From positions 28,894,001-28,954,000 of the forward strand of contig NW_024704743.1 of NCBI RefSeq assembly GCF_018977255.1: DNA of 60,000 bases, given 5' to 3'. Below are positions 36,371 to 49,660 of the stretch, one piece after another. Below the pieces are notes generated by a model. It had not been told where the DNA came from. It did no database searches and saw nothing but the letters and a program-made list of their open reading frames with translations. Positions within the stretch are counted from its first letter, which is position 1; each line of letters opens with the position of its first letter. This stretch comes from Callorhinchus milii. Lineage: Eukaryota. The translations under genes and the position numbers were made by a program.

Positions 36371-36673
36371 AATTTTATTTTGCTTTAAAGGAATTATGTG
36401 ATCCAATTGTAATGATTAGTGATAGAATTCCAAATATCGTAATGTGCAAATCAATTTATAGTGTTGTATCCGACAGTTTAGATATGAAGTCTGTTATAAC
36501 TGCATCAGTAGACTCGTGTTTGTAAAGCACAAGCCAATTTCCAATGCAGGATAAACTACAATGACAGGAGTGACAAACATGTCTGACATTTCAGGTGATC
36601 TATGCTAAATTATTAAACAACCTACTGAGCAGCAAGGGTGGATTATTAACAGTAAATGTTCTGTCAACACATG

Positions 36674-37024
36674 GCAGCCTGGCTCAGCTGATAGCACTCT
36701 CGCCTTTCAGTCCTAAGGTTATGGGTTCAAATCCCACATTGTCTAAGGTGACACTTCAATAGACTCCTGAGAGTGTCTGCATGTTCAGGTAAACATTAAA
36801 AATGCCATTACAGCTTTCAAAAAGTAAAGAGCATTTCTCCTAGTGTCCTGGCCAAAGTTTGTCATTTGCTTCATGGCTATTTGTGGGACATTGCTGTGCA
36901 CAAATTGGCTACCACATAACCTACAAAAATACAGTCACTACAATTTATAGTGAATCCTGTGAAGGCTCTTGAGACATCCATCTGATGTGAAAGGTGCCAA
37001 ATTAAATGTAAGGATTATTATTAT
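36674..37024 (+). mobile_element. SacSINE1-like DeuSINE
   Basis: gcagcctggctcagctgatagcactctcgcc..gggttcaaatccc..tgtgggacattgctgtgcacaaattggct..L2 tail. Confidence 0.82.
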
Positions 37025-37539
37025 GACATTCTAAATAACTGTTTAAATAGTTTTAATTAATTATTACTTCAATCAATGTCACGAATGATAGAAATTATTC
37101 AATCGTTTTATTGCCTGAATGGATATACTGTTTGAAATTGAGCCGGGTTAAAAGAAAATAGTACTTTGAAGGTTGTACTTTCAGTTTGAAGAATACCCCT
37201 CTTCCTCAAAGGTTATTCAGAATTCTAATCAACACTATGTTTCAACAACAACAACTTACAATTATATAGCGCCCTTCACCCGGGGTAGCGACCTGGAGTG
37301 TTTCCTTATGTTGTAATGAGGAAGTATCCAGCTGAAAACCTGTTGGATTTGGACTCCTTGAGAAGGACATTGTTGAGTGATATATGGCAGGCTTCTCTTC
37401 AGTACTGCTACCTAGTTCAGGACTTTCTAATCAGATTGTGGTGCCTGGCCTAGGGTTCTGGATTGGGAAGGCTGATGAGCCTCACCAAGAGTAATAATAT
37501 ATCTACCCACAGGGATAAATGTGCCATGCCTTAATATAC

Positions 37540-38510
37540 AGGGGTAGGGGATAATCTGCAGGGGTAGGGAGAAAAGCAGGTAACTGGAAAGAGGTAACAT
37601 TGGATTGAGTGGATTGCTCTTTCAAAGAGTCAGTGCAGACATGATGGGTCGAATGGTCTCCTTCTGTGCTGTAAATTTCTATGATTCTATGCTTTAATGA
37701 AACCGTGCATGGTTGGTGAGTCAGTGACTGGAAGGCATCAATTTAAAATGGCTAGTAAACAATTAAATGGGAAGGTTAGGATAAATTTTTTTCACACACA
37801 GAGTAGTTTGGATATGGAATGCCCTGCTAGGAGTAGTGGTTGAAACTCTCCGGTACACTATCCCTTGTGAAGGGCGCTGTATAAACGCTGTAAAAGCTGT
37901 TGTTCTTATTGTTGTTGCTTGAGGCAGAATCCATGTTAGCTTTGGAAAGAGAATTAGATAAATATCTAAAAAAGAGTAAACTAGAGAGATATAGGAAAAG
38001 AGTACCAAAAAAAGTCCATCTTCCTCCTGTCTCTACTCATAAACCAAACCAATCATCCCTGGTATCACCCTAATAAATCTCTGCTGCACCCCCTATATCG
38101 TCTTAACATCTTTCTTAAAGTGGGGTGACCAATACAGGACATAATATTCTAACGGTGGTCTAACTAACAATTTATATAAGTTTAGCATTACTTCTTTGGT
38201 TTTATATTCTGAACCCCTATTCATAAAACCTAAGATTCTGTATTTTGACAGCTTTGACCACCTTTCTTCCCACCTTTAAGTATTTATGTATATTAACCTC
38301 CAAGACCCTTTGCTCTTCCACTCCTTTTAATATTTTTACCACCTAGTTCTTTCTTCCAAAATGTATAACCTCACATTTGTCCATATTAAATTTAATTTGC
38401 CATTTCTCTGCCCAATCAACTAATCTGTCTATGGTCCCCCTGCAATTGCTTTTAATTTTCTTCATTGTTAGTGACTCTCCCTATTTTTGTGTCATCTGCA
38501 AACTGTAGGG
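37540..38510. mobile_element. Cluster of CR1 fragments (plus-strand 37540-38010 with an L2 stub; minus-strand 38020-38510)
   Basis: CR1 3' UTR and (attctatg) tail, FFTQRVVWIWNAL motif; on minus strand LQFADDTKIGRV and LVRPPLEYYVLYWSP. Confidence 0.8.
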
Positions 38511-39222
38511 ATTTGGAGAGGGAACGTAAATCCTGGAAACAAGTGAACTCTATCTGAGTGTTGAGGATGGTGGTGGGGGGAGGATGGTGTGTGTGTGAAG
38601 ATGGAATGAGGATCTTGAGGAGGGAAGCTAAGATGAGTTGTGGTAACAGACATATGTCAACCACGAGAAATATGAGAAATCTGTCTACAGAGTTGAGTTG
38701 ACCTTACAATCGTCGCACAGTTTTACTATAACATCTGTGTTTTCATTTCCATCATTTTGATGTATACCAAGTATGAAAAACACAGCTTGAACAGAGAAAT
38801 ACAAAGTCACTGGATTGTACAGGCTTTCTCAGGTGCGATGTGTTAAACTTGATGTGGCTAATTAGCAGACCATTGCAAGAAATAGCAGGCAGACAGGTTA
38901 ATTTTTGACTGGCATTTAGAAGCTGGCAGGATTGGCATTGGACCTGTTGCTTGCAGTTTGTGATCTGAGCACTCCGAGAAGCTATCCTACATGAAGGTTA
39001 CGATAAAAATACAAGTTGTTGTTGTTCTAGCATTTTGTGAATTGGATTATCAGGTGGTGGGAGATTGGTTTAACTCAACAAAATATACTCTGAGTTTAAA
39101 CTTACATCCAAAAAAACAGTGGTCCAGTGCACAACCTATTGCTGCAAACCCAATGCGTTGTACGTTGGTTTACAACGTATGCGTTGGCTTCTATATGCAC
39201 ACATCATGGACAGTCTTGAGGT

Positions 39223-39259
39223 TGCAGTCCATCTCCAGCACACCTGGAGATGGACTGCA
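39223..39259. other. Perfect 16-bp-stem hairpin with 5-nt loop
   Basis: tgcagtccatctccag-cacac-ctggagatggactgca. Confidence 0.95.
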
Positions 39260-39559
39260 CATTAACACATTAGCTGGTCTCTTTCTTTCAACGGAATGTT
39301 AGTTAACATATTACAATTATCACACATTTTCACTGTTTTCTTTCTCCCCCCACCACCGCTTCAAAACCTACCTCTTTTACGATGTCTATCCTCACCTCCT
39401 TCTCCACTCTGCCCTCCTTCTCTTGCTTGGCATCCACCCCACCATTGTAAAGTTCTCTGAGACATTATTCTACATGAAGGGCACGATAAAAATGTAAAGT
39501 GTTGTTTTCTCTTCATCACTATTTTGCCATTGGGCATTAATGGCAGAGCCTGACACTGA

Positions 39560-40450
39560 GCCGGGGAGAGGGAGGACGTGACTGTAAGCACGGTCAAAGA
39601 GGAACGTCTCCAGTCATGATCCAAAGGAGGGGAAGGAGCTTTAGGGCATAGTGGTTGAAAGTGTAGGCGCTGATGGTGGAGTGGAGGGGACGAGAGACCA
39701 GCAGGAGGCCAGAGCCAGCAAAGCAGGAGTAGGGCTTAGTGGAATGGGGAGAGAGGAAGTCAGAAAGCTAAGGAGGTGCCAGGGCGTGAAGGGCTTTGTA
39801 GATGAGTGAGAGGTTCTTGAAATCAATCCGTTCTGTGATAGGGAGCCAGAGGAGCCTGACGAGGACTGGGGTGATGGGAGTACGGAGTTTAGTGTGAGTC
39901 AGAATACAGCCATCAGAGTTCTGAATCAGTTGTAGTTTGGGGGTAGTGAAGCTGGGAAGACCGATGAGGAGGGTATTGGTGTAGTCAAAGCGGGAGGTGA
40001 TGAAGGTTTTGGCTGAGGGTTTGGGCTGGGTTGGGGTGAGATATGGTTAGAGGCAGTAATATGATGGAGATGGAGGAAAGCAGTCTTGGTTAGGGACCGG
40101 ATGTGGGGTAGGAAGGACAATGTACAGGTTCAGTAAGTCTTATTGAAAGGCCGGGGAGGTTGAGGAGGTCAGAGTCTCAGGAAAGAAGACGTTCATGGGA
40201 GCCAAGGAGTATGGCTTTTTAATGACATTCAGCTGCTGGAAGTTTGAGCTCGTCCAGCCCTTGATGTCTGACAGACAAGTTGACACAACATCAGAGAACC
40301 TGGAGTGGCAGCTGGAGGAGGAGAAATAGATTTGGGTGCCATCCACATACATATGGAATTTTACCTCGTGTCTGCGAATGACATCGCTGAGAGAAAGCAT
40401 GTCAATAAGGAATAGGAGGGGGCCAAGGATGGAGCGTTGGGGTACACCCC
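39560..40450 (-). mobile_element. L2 LINE fragment
   Basis: Encodes LSLSDVIRRHEVKFHMYVDGTQIYFS..CLSDIKGW and FLPHIRSLTKTAFLHL. Confidence 0.9.
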
Positions 40451-40628
40451 AAGTGTATTTGCGGGGTTGGGGGAAAAAAACATTAGTGGAGACGGAGTGA
40501 TGGCCACAATGACAACAGTGCCAGACATAAGCTCAACACAGAAAGTCTGTTTGGAAAGTGGTACATTTCAAACATCTCTGCAGAAAACACATAATTGTGT
40601 GGAATCTGCGGAGGTGGTATGCTCATAC

Positions 40629-40683
40629 CTCTCCACTGACCCTTCTCATGCTTCTTCTTTACATTTGCTGAGGGCTTAAAAAC
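40629..40683 (-). pseudogene. Candidate 55-nt exon, phase 0-1
   Basis: Acceptor ttgcattactttcag|, donor GAG|gtatga; VFKPSANVKKKHEKGQWR. Confidence 0.45.
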
Positions 40684-41820
40684 CTGAAAGTAATGCAACA
40701 GAGAACAAAGAAAAGTGTAACTGTCTGCAGTCAACTACATGGTGATTAATCACAATACCCGGTCGAGGTGCATGCGGTCCATCATCACTGGGTGAGTCAC
40801 TCATTGTATGCAGGAATGTCTATTATGCAGCAACAAACCCCTCTACCTAGTTTGCTGCTTGGATTTTCAGTACAACTCCCAGCATCTCCTTATTGAAAAA
40901 GAGAAAGAAAGAGCAGCAGAGAAAGAAAGACACTATGCTGTACCTACGTTTTTATACAGCTTATTACGCTAAACAATACCTAACAGGTAATTACTGTCGA
41001 GTTTAGTGACTGTTTTAGCAGGGAAATATTACAACTATTTATTTACACCAGCAAGGTACCACAAATGATATGGCCTAGTGTGTAAAGGTGTCAAACAATG
41101 CAGCACTAAGTCATCAAAACCATGAGGTTGGATTCCCAGTCTGAGCTGAGCTAGGGCGTTGTATCTGGGAGCAAGGTGGTCAATGTGGCAGTCATTTTTA
41201 CTGCCAAGAGCAGAGCAGACATAACCACTGGCAGACTTCAAAATGCACTTTCAATTTAGCCCATAAATGATTACTATTCTGAAACATAACGAGTAAGAAC
41301 AGAGATAACCAGAAACTGCAATGAGATTCGTAGAGATATATTGAAAAAGGTCTTTCTCACTCAATTCACATCATGAACCCCTATTCTTGTACAGTACAAA
41401 TAACATTTTCACTTGCCACTTTTTCTACTGCTTTTTCTTTGCTAAGACCCGGTGGAATTTGATTTTAATTGGTCTGGGAATTTCTTCCCCGACATTAAGG
41501 GGAAGTTTGCCTGTGGAGCAGACTTTGTGCACAATGCTCTCCTCATTAAGGAATGCAGAAGGGAAAACGGCCCTTGAAACAAAGCACACACTGAGACATG
41601 AAGCCAGAAATGGAAACCAGAGTTAAAAAAAACAAGCAGGGTACAGCACAAATGCATCTTGCACAAAAGAAATACAAAAATAAGTCTATGCCTTTGCCCT
41701 GAGGACAACATTGCAAAAACAATATCGCGTCTTCTATAACAGGTGATTTGTGGTGTACGATGGAGAAAATGACTACTTCATCCTATTTGATGTCTATTGG
41801 TGCAGGGTCTCTAGCCTCAC

Positions 41821-41976
41821 CTCCTCCCAGGTGCCCTCATTCTGTACAGATGATCTTCCTTCAGGTACGTGTCTTGATCTGCCTACATTTTCCGTCTTGT
41901 ATCCCATCAGATATCTCAGTACTTAATGGCTCTGATGGTTCTATTTTCTTAGGAGAATAAAGCTCCCATGGAAAAG
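41821..41976 (-). pseudogene. Candidate 156-nt exon, degenerate
   Basis: Acceptor ccccaaaatttgcag|, donor GAG|gtgagg. The 3' part reads VLRYLMGYKTENVGRSRHVPEGRSSVQNEGTWEE in phase with the 40683 exon; stops lie 5' of it. Confidence 0.38.
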
Positions 41977-42755
41977 CTGCAAATTTTGGGGCACAATATC
42001 TTGGATCAACAGTTTACAGTTTCAGCCCTTCCATCACTATCTATCTATTATTCCAAATCAACAATTAATGCAAATTTCACAAAAGCATAAACTTTGTCAA
42101 GCAATGGTAAATGTGGACAAGACAACCTAAGAAACATCTGGCAGTCTGAGCAAATGATGTGTGGCTACATCTAGAGTTGGAGAAGCACCAACAGCTGTGG
42201 ACTGTCCTCCTACCGGCCCACACTACACCTTAATCCCTATCTCAGCACTCAGATATGTCAGAACCATCAGGAATACAGAATATAAAGATGGCCAGATGGA
42301 AACCATTTCCACCCCCTCCCCGCGCCCCCAGCACACACACATGCCTGCACACACTCACACACACACCCTCCCTCTTGGAAATGTCAACCCCTCCAATAGT
42401 ATTTGTTCAACACACCACTGGAACTCACTCTATCACACATCAATCAATCCACCCCTTGTTCCTTTTATTAGTGAAAAAAGTGTACCATATTAGCATTGAT
42501 GGTAATTCAAGATTAATAGCTCACAGGATAGTAATAACCTGGTGTCTCACTGTTAAAAGTAGTCTTGCAATCACTTGTTACCTGTCCTCTGATTCGGTAT
42601 CAGGCATTTACTTGTTTCACAAAGGCACTTCACATGCACTCACCAGCTCAATTCCTCAAGGATTGCAGATAGCTCTGAAGATATATATATATGAGTCTCC
42701 TGGTAATTTGCAGATGCAGAGATAAAAATAACAAAAGTGAATTTTATACGTAGTA

Positions 42756-42805
42756 CAGTAGAACCCCATTATAACACACTTTTTTTTATAATGGAGGTTC
42801 ACGTG
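42756..42805. mobile_element. 50-bp Tigger-type MITE remnant consisting only of TIRs
   Basis: TA|cagtagaaccccattataa ... ttataatggaggttcacgtg|TA; the arms are imperfect reverse complements. Confidence 0.65.
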
Positions 42806-43349
42806 TATATAGCCTGATTGGGGTGTGTGGATCCCAATATTTACTTACCAAAAAATCCAAGATATGTTCAACAAGCGCTAGCCAGTTCAGTTAATATGAA
42901 TCACATGTAATGACACAATGAAGTGCACCAAGGTGAGAAATACGATGCTGTGTTTTGAGGCAAGATGTGGACAGAAGTAGTGGTCGGCTTTCTGTGCACA
43001 AGTGCAGTGCTGTCATCATTCATGTGATGGGTGGCAGCACAATGTGGAAGTGCTGATAAGCAGACACTCTTGATAAGGCCCCATTGTAAGGTGGGTAAGA
43101 GAGAGCTAAATGCTGTAAGGGTCATTTGGCTTGATTTACAGCACTCTCACCCCTTGATCAAAAAGGTAGTTAGTTTCAATCCCAGGCTAAAAATCTTGTC
43201 ACTGCAATCTATTTTCATAACGTGCCGTCCTTTGGATGACATGTTAAAAATCAAAGTCCTGCCTACCTGTTCTAAAGGTGGATGTAAAGATCCCACAAAA
43301 CTATTTGAAAGAGAATGTTCTCCTGATGCCTGGCCAGCAATCCTCCAGA

Positions 43350-43773
43350 TAAGGGTTCTCAAAATGTGTTATAGTGAGCCTCCCTAAGCTAATAAAAAAA
43401 TATGCACCTCCCCATAGTTTGCTAACAAAACAAAAGGAACTGAAAATCCTATAGTTTGTAAGAATACGGGCAATAAAACACAAGAGCTTCAATCAATATC
43501 AATCAATGACTGTCCCACACTCCCCTCCCTCCTTACATTCAGATTGGTGGCCTTATTCAGACCAGAGCATTGGTTACTTAACCAGTCTTGATGTCCTTGC
43601 CCCACCGATGTCGCAGAGATTGTTGTGGGGTTTGGTTGTCGGGGAGCAGCTTTGCTAAGACGTGGGGACAGTCCTGTAAAACCCAGGCCTATTAGGAAGT
43701 ATGCGACTGTCCCTGCCTTGGTGCTAACCCAGGCTTCTCCAGAAAGGCAATCCCCATAGTTTGAGAACCTCTG
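43350..43773. mobile_element. hAT-Charlie-like MITE
   Basis: Ends taagggttctcaaaatg and tagtttgagaacctctg (CAGnGGTTCTCAAA-type TIRs); internal gggacagtc/gactgtccc inverted repeat. Confidence 0.65.
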
Positions 43774-44017
43774 CTCTGCATAAATTGATTTGTTATGTCA
43801 TGGCTGATTGTGCGACCTTGCTCCATGCAAAATTGCTGCTCTGTTTGCTTACAAAAGCAATCACTTCACATAGGAAATGGAGAACCACTGAGTTTATTCT
43901 GCAGATCTTTAAATTCGATTTCCCTGCCTTTTCTCTGTATCCTTTTATATGCTCACTTGCCAAGTATCTATCTATTTTCCTTTTAAACATTTGAATTGAT
44001 ACCGCCTCAACTGGCGT

Positions 44018-44386
44018 CAGCATGGCTCAGTTGGCAGCACTCTCCCCTCTGAGTCAGAACTTTGAATTGACAGTCTAAGCCGAAACTCCAAAACAGGACT
44101 AGGAAACCTTGCATTAGATGAGTTAAACTGGCATCCTGTCGGACCATTTAAGTGGATGTTAGAGATCACAGGGCACTATTTGTCCTGGCCAATAACCTCC
44201 TCCACACCCCCAAATGAAATTGGTCATTCACTTCAGGATTGTTTGTGAAACATTGTTACGTCCAAATTGGCTGCTGCGTTCATCTATAAAATGGAGTCAC
44301 TAAACTTCACATTAAAATCCAGTGAAACACTTTGATCTCCTGACATGAAAGGAGCTATGCGAAAAAGCAAGGATAATTATTTATTA
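44018..44386 (+). mobile_element. SacSINE1-like DeuSINE inserted in a minus-strand CR1 (43915-44720)
   Basis: cagcatggctcagttggcagcactctcccctctgagtcagaa head, Deu core; CR1 sequence resumes on both sides. Confidence 0.75.
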
Positions 44387-47300
44387 TAACTATGTTGTGG
44401 GGCAGTGCTTTTTAGGTTCTCACCACCCTCTATGTGAGGATATGTGCTCTCTTAACTGGTTTATGTATAAAATGATTAATTGTAATTGGCTTTATAAATA
44501 GAGCCTTCCTTCTGTGCTGTGAGATTCTATGATTCTATGATTTCTATGATTATGTCCCTGTGTTTTAGCTCCCTCTATCAAAGGGAAGAGTGGTCCTCTA
44601 TCTAGCTTGTCAATCCTCCGTTATTTTAAATACCTTAATCAGATCACCCTCAGCTGTAAAAAAGTGTACCCAGATCTTTATTACATCTTCCATCCCAGTC
44701 AAGTAGTGTTCTGAAGCTCTCTGTCAAGGCTCGGATGTGAATAATAACCTCTTGTGCAAGGTACCAGTGGACAAGCAGGGACAGAATAAAAAAATGAGTC
44801 AAGTACCTCGGAGAGCATAGTGGGGGGAATTAGTGAAAATAAAAAAAATGCTGCTGTATAATTGTTAATAATAGTGAACTTGCAGTAATTTCTAGTGGTA
44901 TACCAATAGTGTGTTTCCTGACAGTGTTGTGTGGGTAGAGGTTTTAATCAATGGCGATGTAATTGTAATTAGGGAAATTGCCTGATTGTCATGGTCCAAT
45001 GGAGCAGTACACGCCTGCTTTTCTCAGACGTTGTGAGCAATAGCTGGTGTGGGAGTGACTGAAATATAATCACTAGTATTTACAGATGAGTGTGCATCAC
45101 CTTTCTTTCATGAGAGTCTCATGTGTCAACAGGATATGCAGAACTATTGAAACTGAAGCAATACATATTGACGTTGCTCCTGAAAAATATACTTCACTGT
45201 AACATGAGGAGATTTGGAAGAAAAGCCTTGCAGCATTGAAACCTGCTCTGTAGAATGGCATCTCCACAAACCTGGTCACAGAATGGGTATTCTGATAGTT
45301 GGCACTCAGGGATTGATCTATAGAATTTCCTCATCAGATGAATGAGAAAGAGATCACGCAAAAAAGTAAATGGAGTCTAAAACCAGGAAAGTTGTTTTTA
45401 ATAGAAAGAAACCCAGTTGTAGGGGTATGCAGAGCAAGTAGATAAATGGGATTGAATGTATTGCACTTTCAAGAAATCAGCACAGATACAATGGGCAGAA
45501 TGGTCTTCTGCACTGCATATTTCTATGCTGCCAAACCTGAAAGCCATTGTGAATTTTCCTTTAGTTTGATTTATTTTAGTTTGTGAACCATTTCAAATTA
45601 GTTCCATGAATGAAATTTATCAAAAAGTCTGCAATTTCATCTGAGCATGAATATTAGCACTATATTTAATAAATGAATATTATTATTCTTCAAAGTGTCC
45701 AATGATGTCACATTGAGCAATTCATTTCTTTGAGATCCAGTAGCTCTCTCCACACCAACTTTCCCCCTAAGAAAATCTAGTTTACTGTTGTTAGGTTAAT
45801 ATCAGTTTTCTACATCATGGTAAATGAAATGCATCTGGAATTAAATGTTACTCTTCATACATTTTAGCTGTAGAAACATTATTAACTATTAACACTGTTG
45901 AAATATTATTGCATGAATACTATTCATTGTTAATAAATGACAATAAATTGATTTTTTCTTGTTCTGTTAGAATGTATTGTACGAAATGTACATGCAAAGT
46001 AAATTATGTATATAATAACTGATGAGAGATATTAAAATAGTTTTGATTCAGTTTGTAACACAACAACTCTAAATGGGTACAGTAGAGTGGGGATCGATAA
46101 ACTTGAAGGTTGATGCAAAAAATCCAGTTAGTCAGTAATCATTTTTTTCCAGTTAAAAANGTTAGGGCAGCCAGATAGACGCATTGACAGACTGATTGTG
46201 TTGCACTATTAGAAAACTGCTGCTGGTTTAGTCTATTTCATCATTGAAAGTTCTCTGATTGCCTGTTTCTTTACAACCATAAGAAGCTTTCTTCTCCATG
46301 ATTTGCTTTAGGTATGGCTCAGACATCGGTATCATCTCCTATCATCTCACACTGGATTTGTTTCCTTCTTAGATGCATTACTGCACAATGGAAGAGCTCC
46401 AAATTACTGGTTTGGTGAAAGCTTGACACCTTCATTATAAAATGTTTGCAGGATAATGGAATCTGGGGTTAGAGGTGAGGCTTCCTGAACTGAAAGATCA
46501 CAAAGTGGATTAAAATGGTCAGACTCCACAGGTATAAACACAGGAGAAAGACATCACACATTAAAACAAACATTGAATAATATTAGACTGAAAGGTGAGG
46601 GATAGATATGTACATCACTAAAAGGCAGGTACCTTCCACTTCATAACATTAAATTAACTTTGTGATGTTGCGGTCTAAAATGTGGTATTCATAAACAGAT
46701 TGACAAGTAGTGACCCTGCCAGCAACTGAAAGTACATCATATCTATGACAAATTCGACTTGGTGAGAAATGTGAATCACTTCAATAGAGGGAGTCTCTAT
46801 TTATGAATTTGTTTGCAAATATCCTGTTTAGAACTCTGTTGCTGAACTATTTTATTGAATGCGATTCTCAGTTGCCAGTTTAGAACCAACATTTGTAGCT
46901 TTAAAGCAGAATTCGCTGCCCTTTCAAAGCACAATATATTTCTGATGTGTTACTTCTCTTCAGATTCATCTCACAGCATCATCTGACCCTTGTGCAAATT
47001 GAAGAAGGTTTGAGTGAAGACAGGCAAGGAAACTTTCTGTAAGGTTAAACATATTCGGGTGAAATCGCACATCACATAAATGAAAATAAAGTATCTTAGT
47101 TGCAGAATATACCGATGTCTCAGCGGCAGCTCTGGGCCAGATGCTGATGAGGTTTTGAGATTTTTTATACTGTTTGTATTCATAGGGGAGGGTAGCAGCG
47201 GGTAGCTTTGGCCTTCAGAAGGAGAGCGGTATGGGGGACAAAGCTGGATGTGAGGGAATGCGTCAGAAGATACCACAGCCTGGTCTTATTAGAATCAACT

Positions 47301-48019
47301 GTTTTTCTAGCTTATTTAGAAGATATCTGTAGCATCATGAGATAACATGTCTCATTTCTCTTTGGGTCCTATGGGAAATGGGGTCATTGGAGGAACTTTG
47401 CCCAGGTCTTATTACCCTCTGCCATGGAATAAAGCCATGGAATCTTTACATTCCAAAAGGACATGCAGGCAGGCCCTTGACTATACATCAGAGCTGAAGC
47501 ATAGGACTTATGTAAGGCATTGCTATGAACTCAAGTTTCTCCACCACCATTATTTTTGGTAGGTGTAGATATTAAAGAGAACTTGGTGATCTAATGGACT
47601 TTGATAACCATAAAGGATGGTTAAATGGTAAAAATTATTATATTGAACCATTCACATAGAGGCATCATTCTCTCAGGTAAGGATGATGGTAAATGCCACA
47701 TGCATTACTTGAAATAGAACAAATTATATTTTAGGAATATAGGATTGCACACACCCAGGAAAGACCACTATGGTCCATCTGGGTGGGTCCAAAGATAAAA
47801 AAAACAGATGTCCTTACCATTGTTAATTGTCGGCGATAACATTCTTTTGCTGCCCTGAATGTGAGTGTTGGCAGGCAATACAGCTATAAATAGCATCAGA
47901 GCTAAGCTCAAACCTAATGCCTACAAATCTGCACAGTATTGGTATGAAGGCGTCACTGGATAGTTAATAGGAAGCAGGTATCCTGACTGAGTTTTCCCTT
48001 TTAGTCCCATCACCAACCT

Positions 48020-49660
48020 TCCTTTTCTCTCCACGGTTCTGGAATTAGTCGTTGTTTCCCAGCTTCATGTTTTCCTCTCTTGGCATTTCCTCTGTGAACC
48101 CCTGCAATCTGACTTCTGTGCTACCCGCAGCACAGAGACAGCCCTGGTCAAAGTTACAGATAATTTTCTGTCCAACTGTGACCAGAGCTCCCTCTGTCTC
48201 CTTGTCCTTCTCGATCTTTCTGCTGCCTTTGATACTGTCGGACACTCTGTTCTTCTCAAATGCCTCACCTCTCATCCTGGTTTCAATCTTACCTTTCCCA
48301 TCGTATCCACCAACAGTTTCTTCCACAACCCTCGAACCATCACTTGCAACATCCCTCGGGGCTCTGCCCTGGGTCTTCTCCTCTTTAATGTCTGCATACT
48401 CCAGCTTGTGGAGTCCTGTAGCTCAGTGATTAGAGCACTCGCTTTGCAAGCGAGAGACCTGAGTTCAATTCCAGGCAGAGGGCGAAACCTTGGGCAAGTT
48501 TCCTTACTCCACACGCCTAATAATAATCCCTCCAAAACCAAAAACAATAATAAATTGGTCATTTTCAATCTACGACTGTTTGTGGGACATTGCTGTGCGC
48601 AATTGGCTGCCGCGTTTGCCCACAAATATACAGTCAATTCACTTTACAGTGTGTTCTGTGAAGCACTTTGGTACGTCCTCCTGACGTGAAAAGTGCTATA
48701 TCAAATGCAAGGATTATAGGATTATTATTATTTATCATCTGCAGCCATGGGGTTAATTTCCACATGCATGCAGATAACACGCAACTCTAACTCTCTGCCT
48801 CTACCCTCAACTCCAGGACCACTGCTGTCTGTCAGACATCATTTCCTGGATGACAGTCAACTTTCTTCAGTTCAATGTTGACAAGGCAGAGGCTCTCCTT
48901 GGCTCCTTTCATGGCCTCCTCACCTCAGGCGCTGATAGCATCAGCATTCACAAAACCTTGGTGTCCTGTTTTACGCTCAACTCTCTTTTAAACCATGCAC
49001 ATCCATGCCATGACCCATTCTGCCTTCCACCACCTCCACAACATTACCTGGCTCAACCACTGCCTCCACCCTCAGGCCGCCAAGACCTCATTCATCACAT
49101 ACAGGGTCAACTATGCTAACTCCCTGTTTGTCAGACTTCCCAACATTTTCCTTTACGAGCTGCAGATTATTCAGAACTCTGCAGATCGTGTCCTCTCCTG
49201 CACCAGGCTCTGTGATCCTATGACCCCCACCCATGCCAGGCTCCACTGGCTCCCCATCCCCCAGAGGATAGAGTTTAAAATTCCTCACTTTTAAAGCCTT
49301 CCTCCTTCCTACCTGTGTGACCTACTAACACCATACCGACCTGTCTGCTGCCTCCACTCAGTGGGCACTGGCCTGCTCCATGTCCCTGCCTGCCCCATCA
49401 TTGGAGATCGGGGCCTTCAGCTTTTCTGCCCTACCCTTTAGAATTCCATCCTGAAATTGCTCCACCTTGCCTCTTCCCTTGCCTCCTTCAAGGCCCATCT
49501 CAAGACCTTCCTTTTTGATCGTGCCTTCGGCCACTCACACTACCCTCCACCCCTCTCTGATCCTAACCCCCAGCTCAGGTGCAAACCTTTCATTATCCAG
49601 CGCCCTGAGTCATCCTTCTGACGTGAAAGGCACTATATAAATGTAATTTTGTTGTTGTAG
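48020..49660 (+). mobile_element. L2 LINE (RT region to 3' end), interrupted by a young SINE
   Basis: ctcgatctttctgctgcctttgatactgtc (LDLSAAFDTV); HAMTHSAFHHLHNI..LHWLPIPQRIEFKI; (ttg)n tail. Confidence 0.9.
48407..48730 (+). mobile_element. Young full-length tRNA-Ala(TGC)/Deu/L2 SINE
   Basis: tgtggagtcctgtagctcagtgattagagcactcgctttgcaagcgag.. through ..aatgcaaggattat. Confidence 0.95.
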
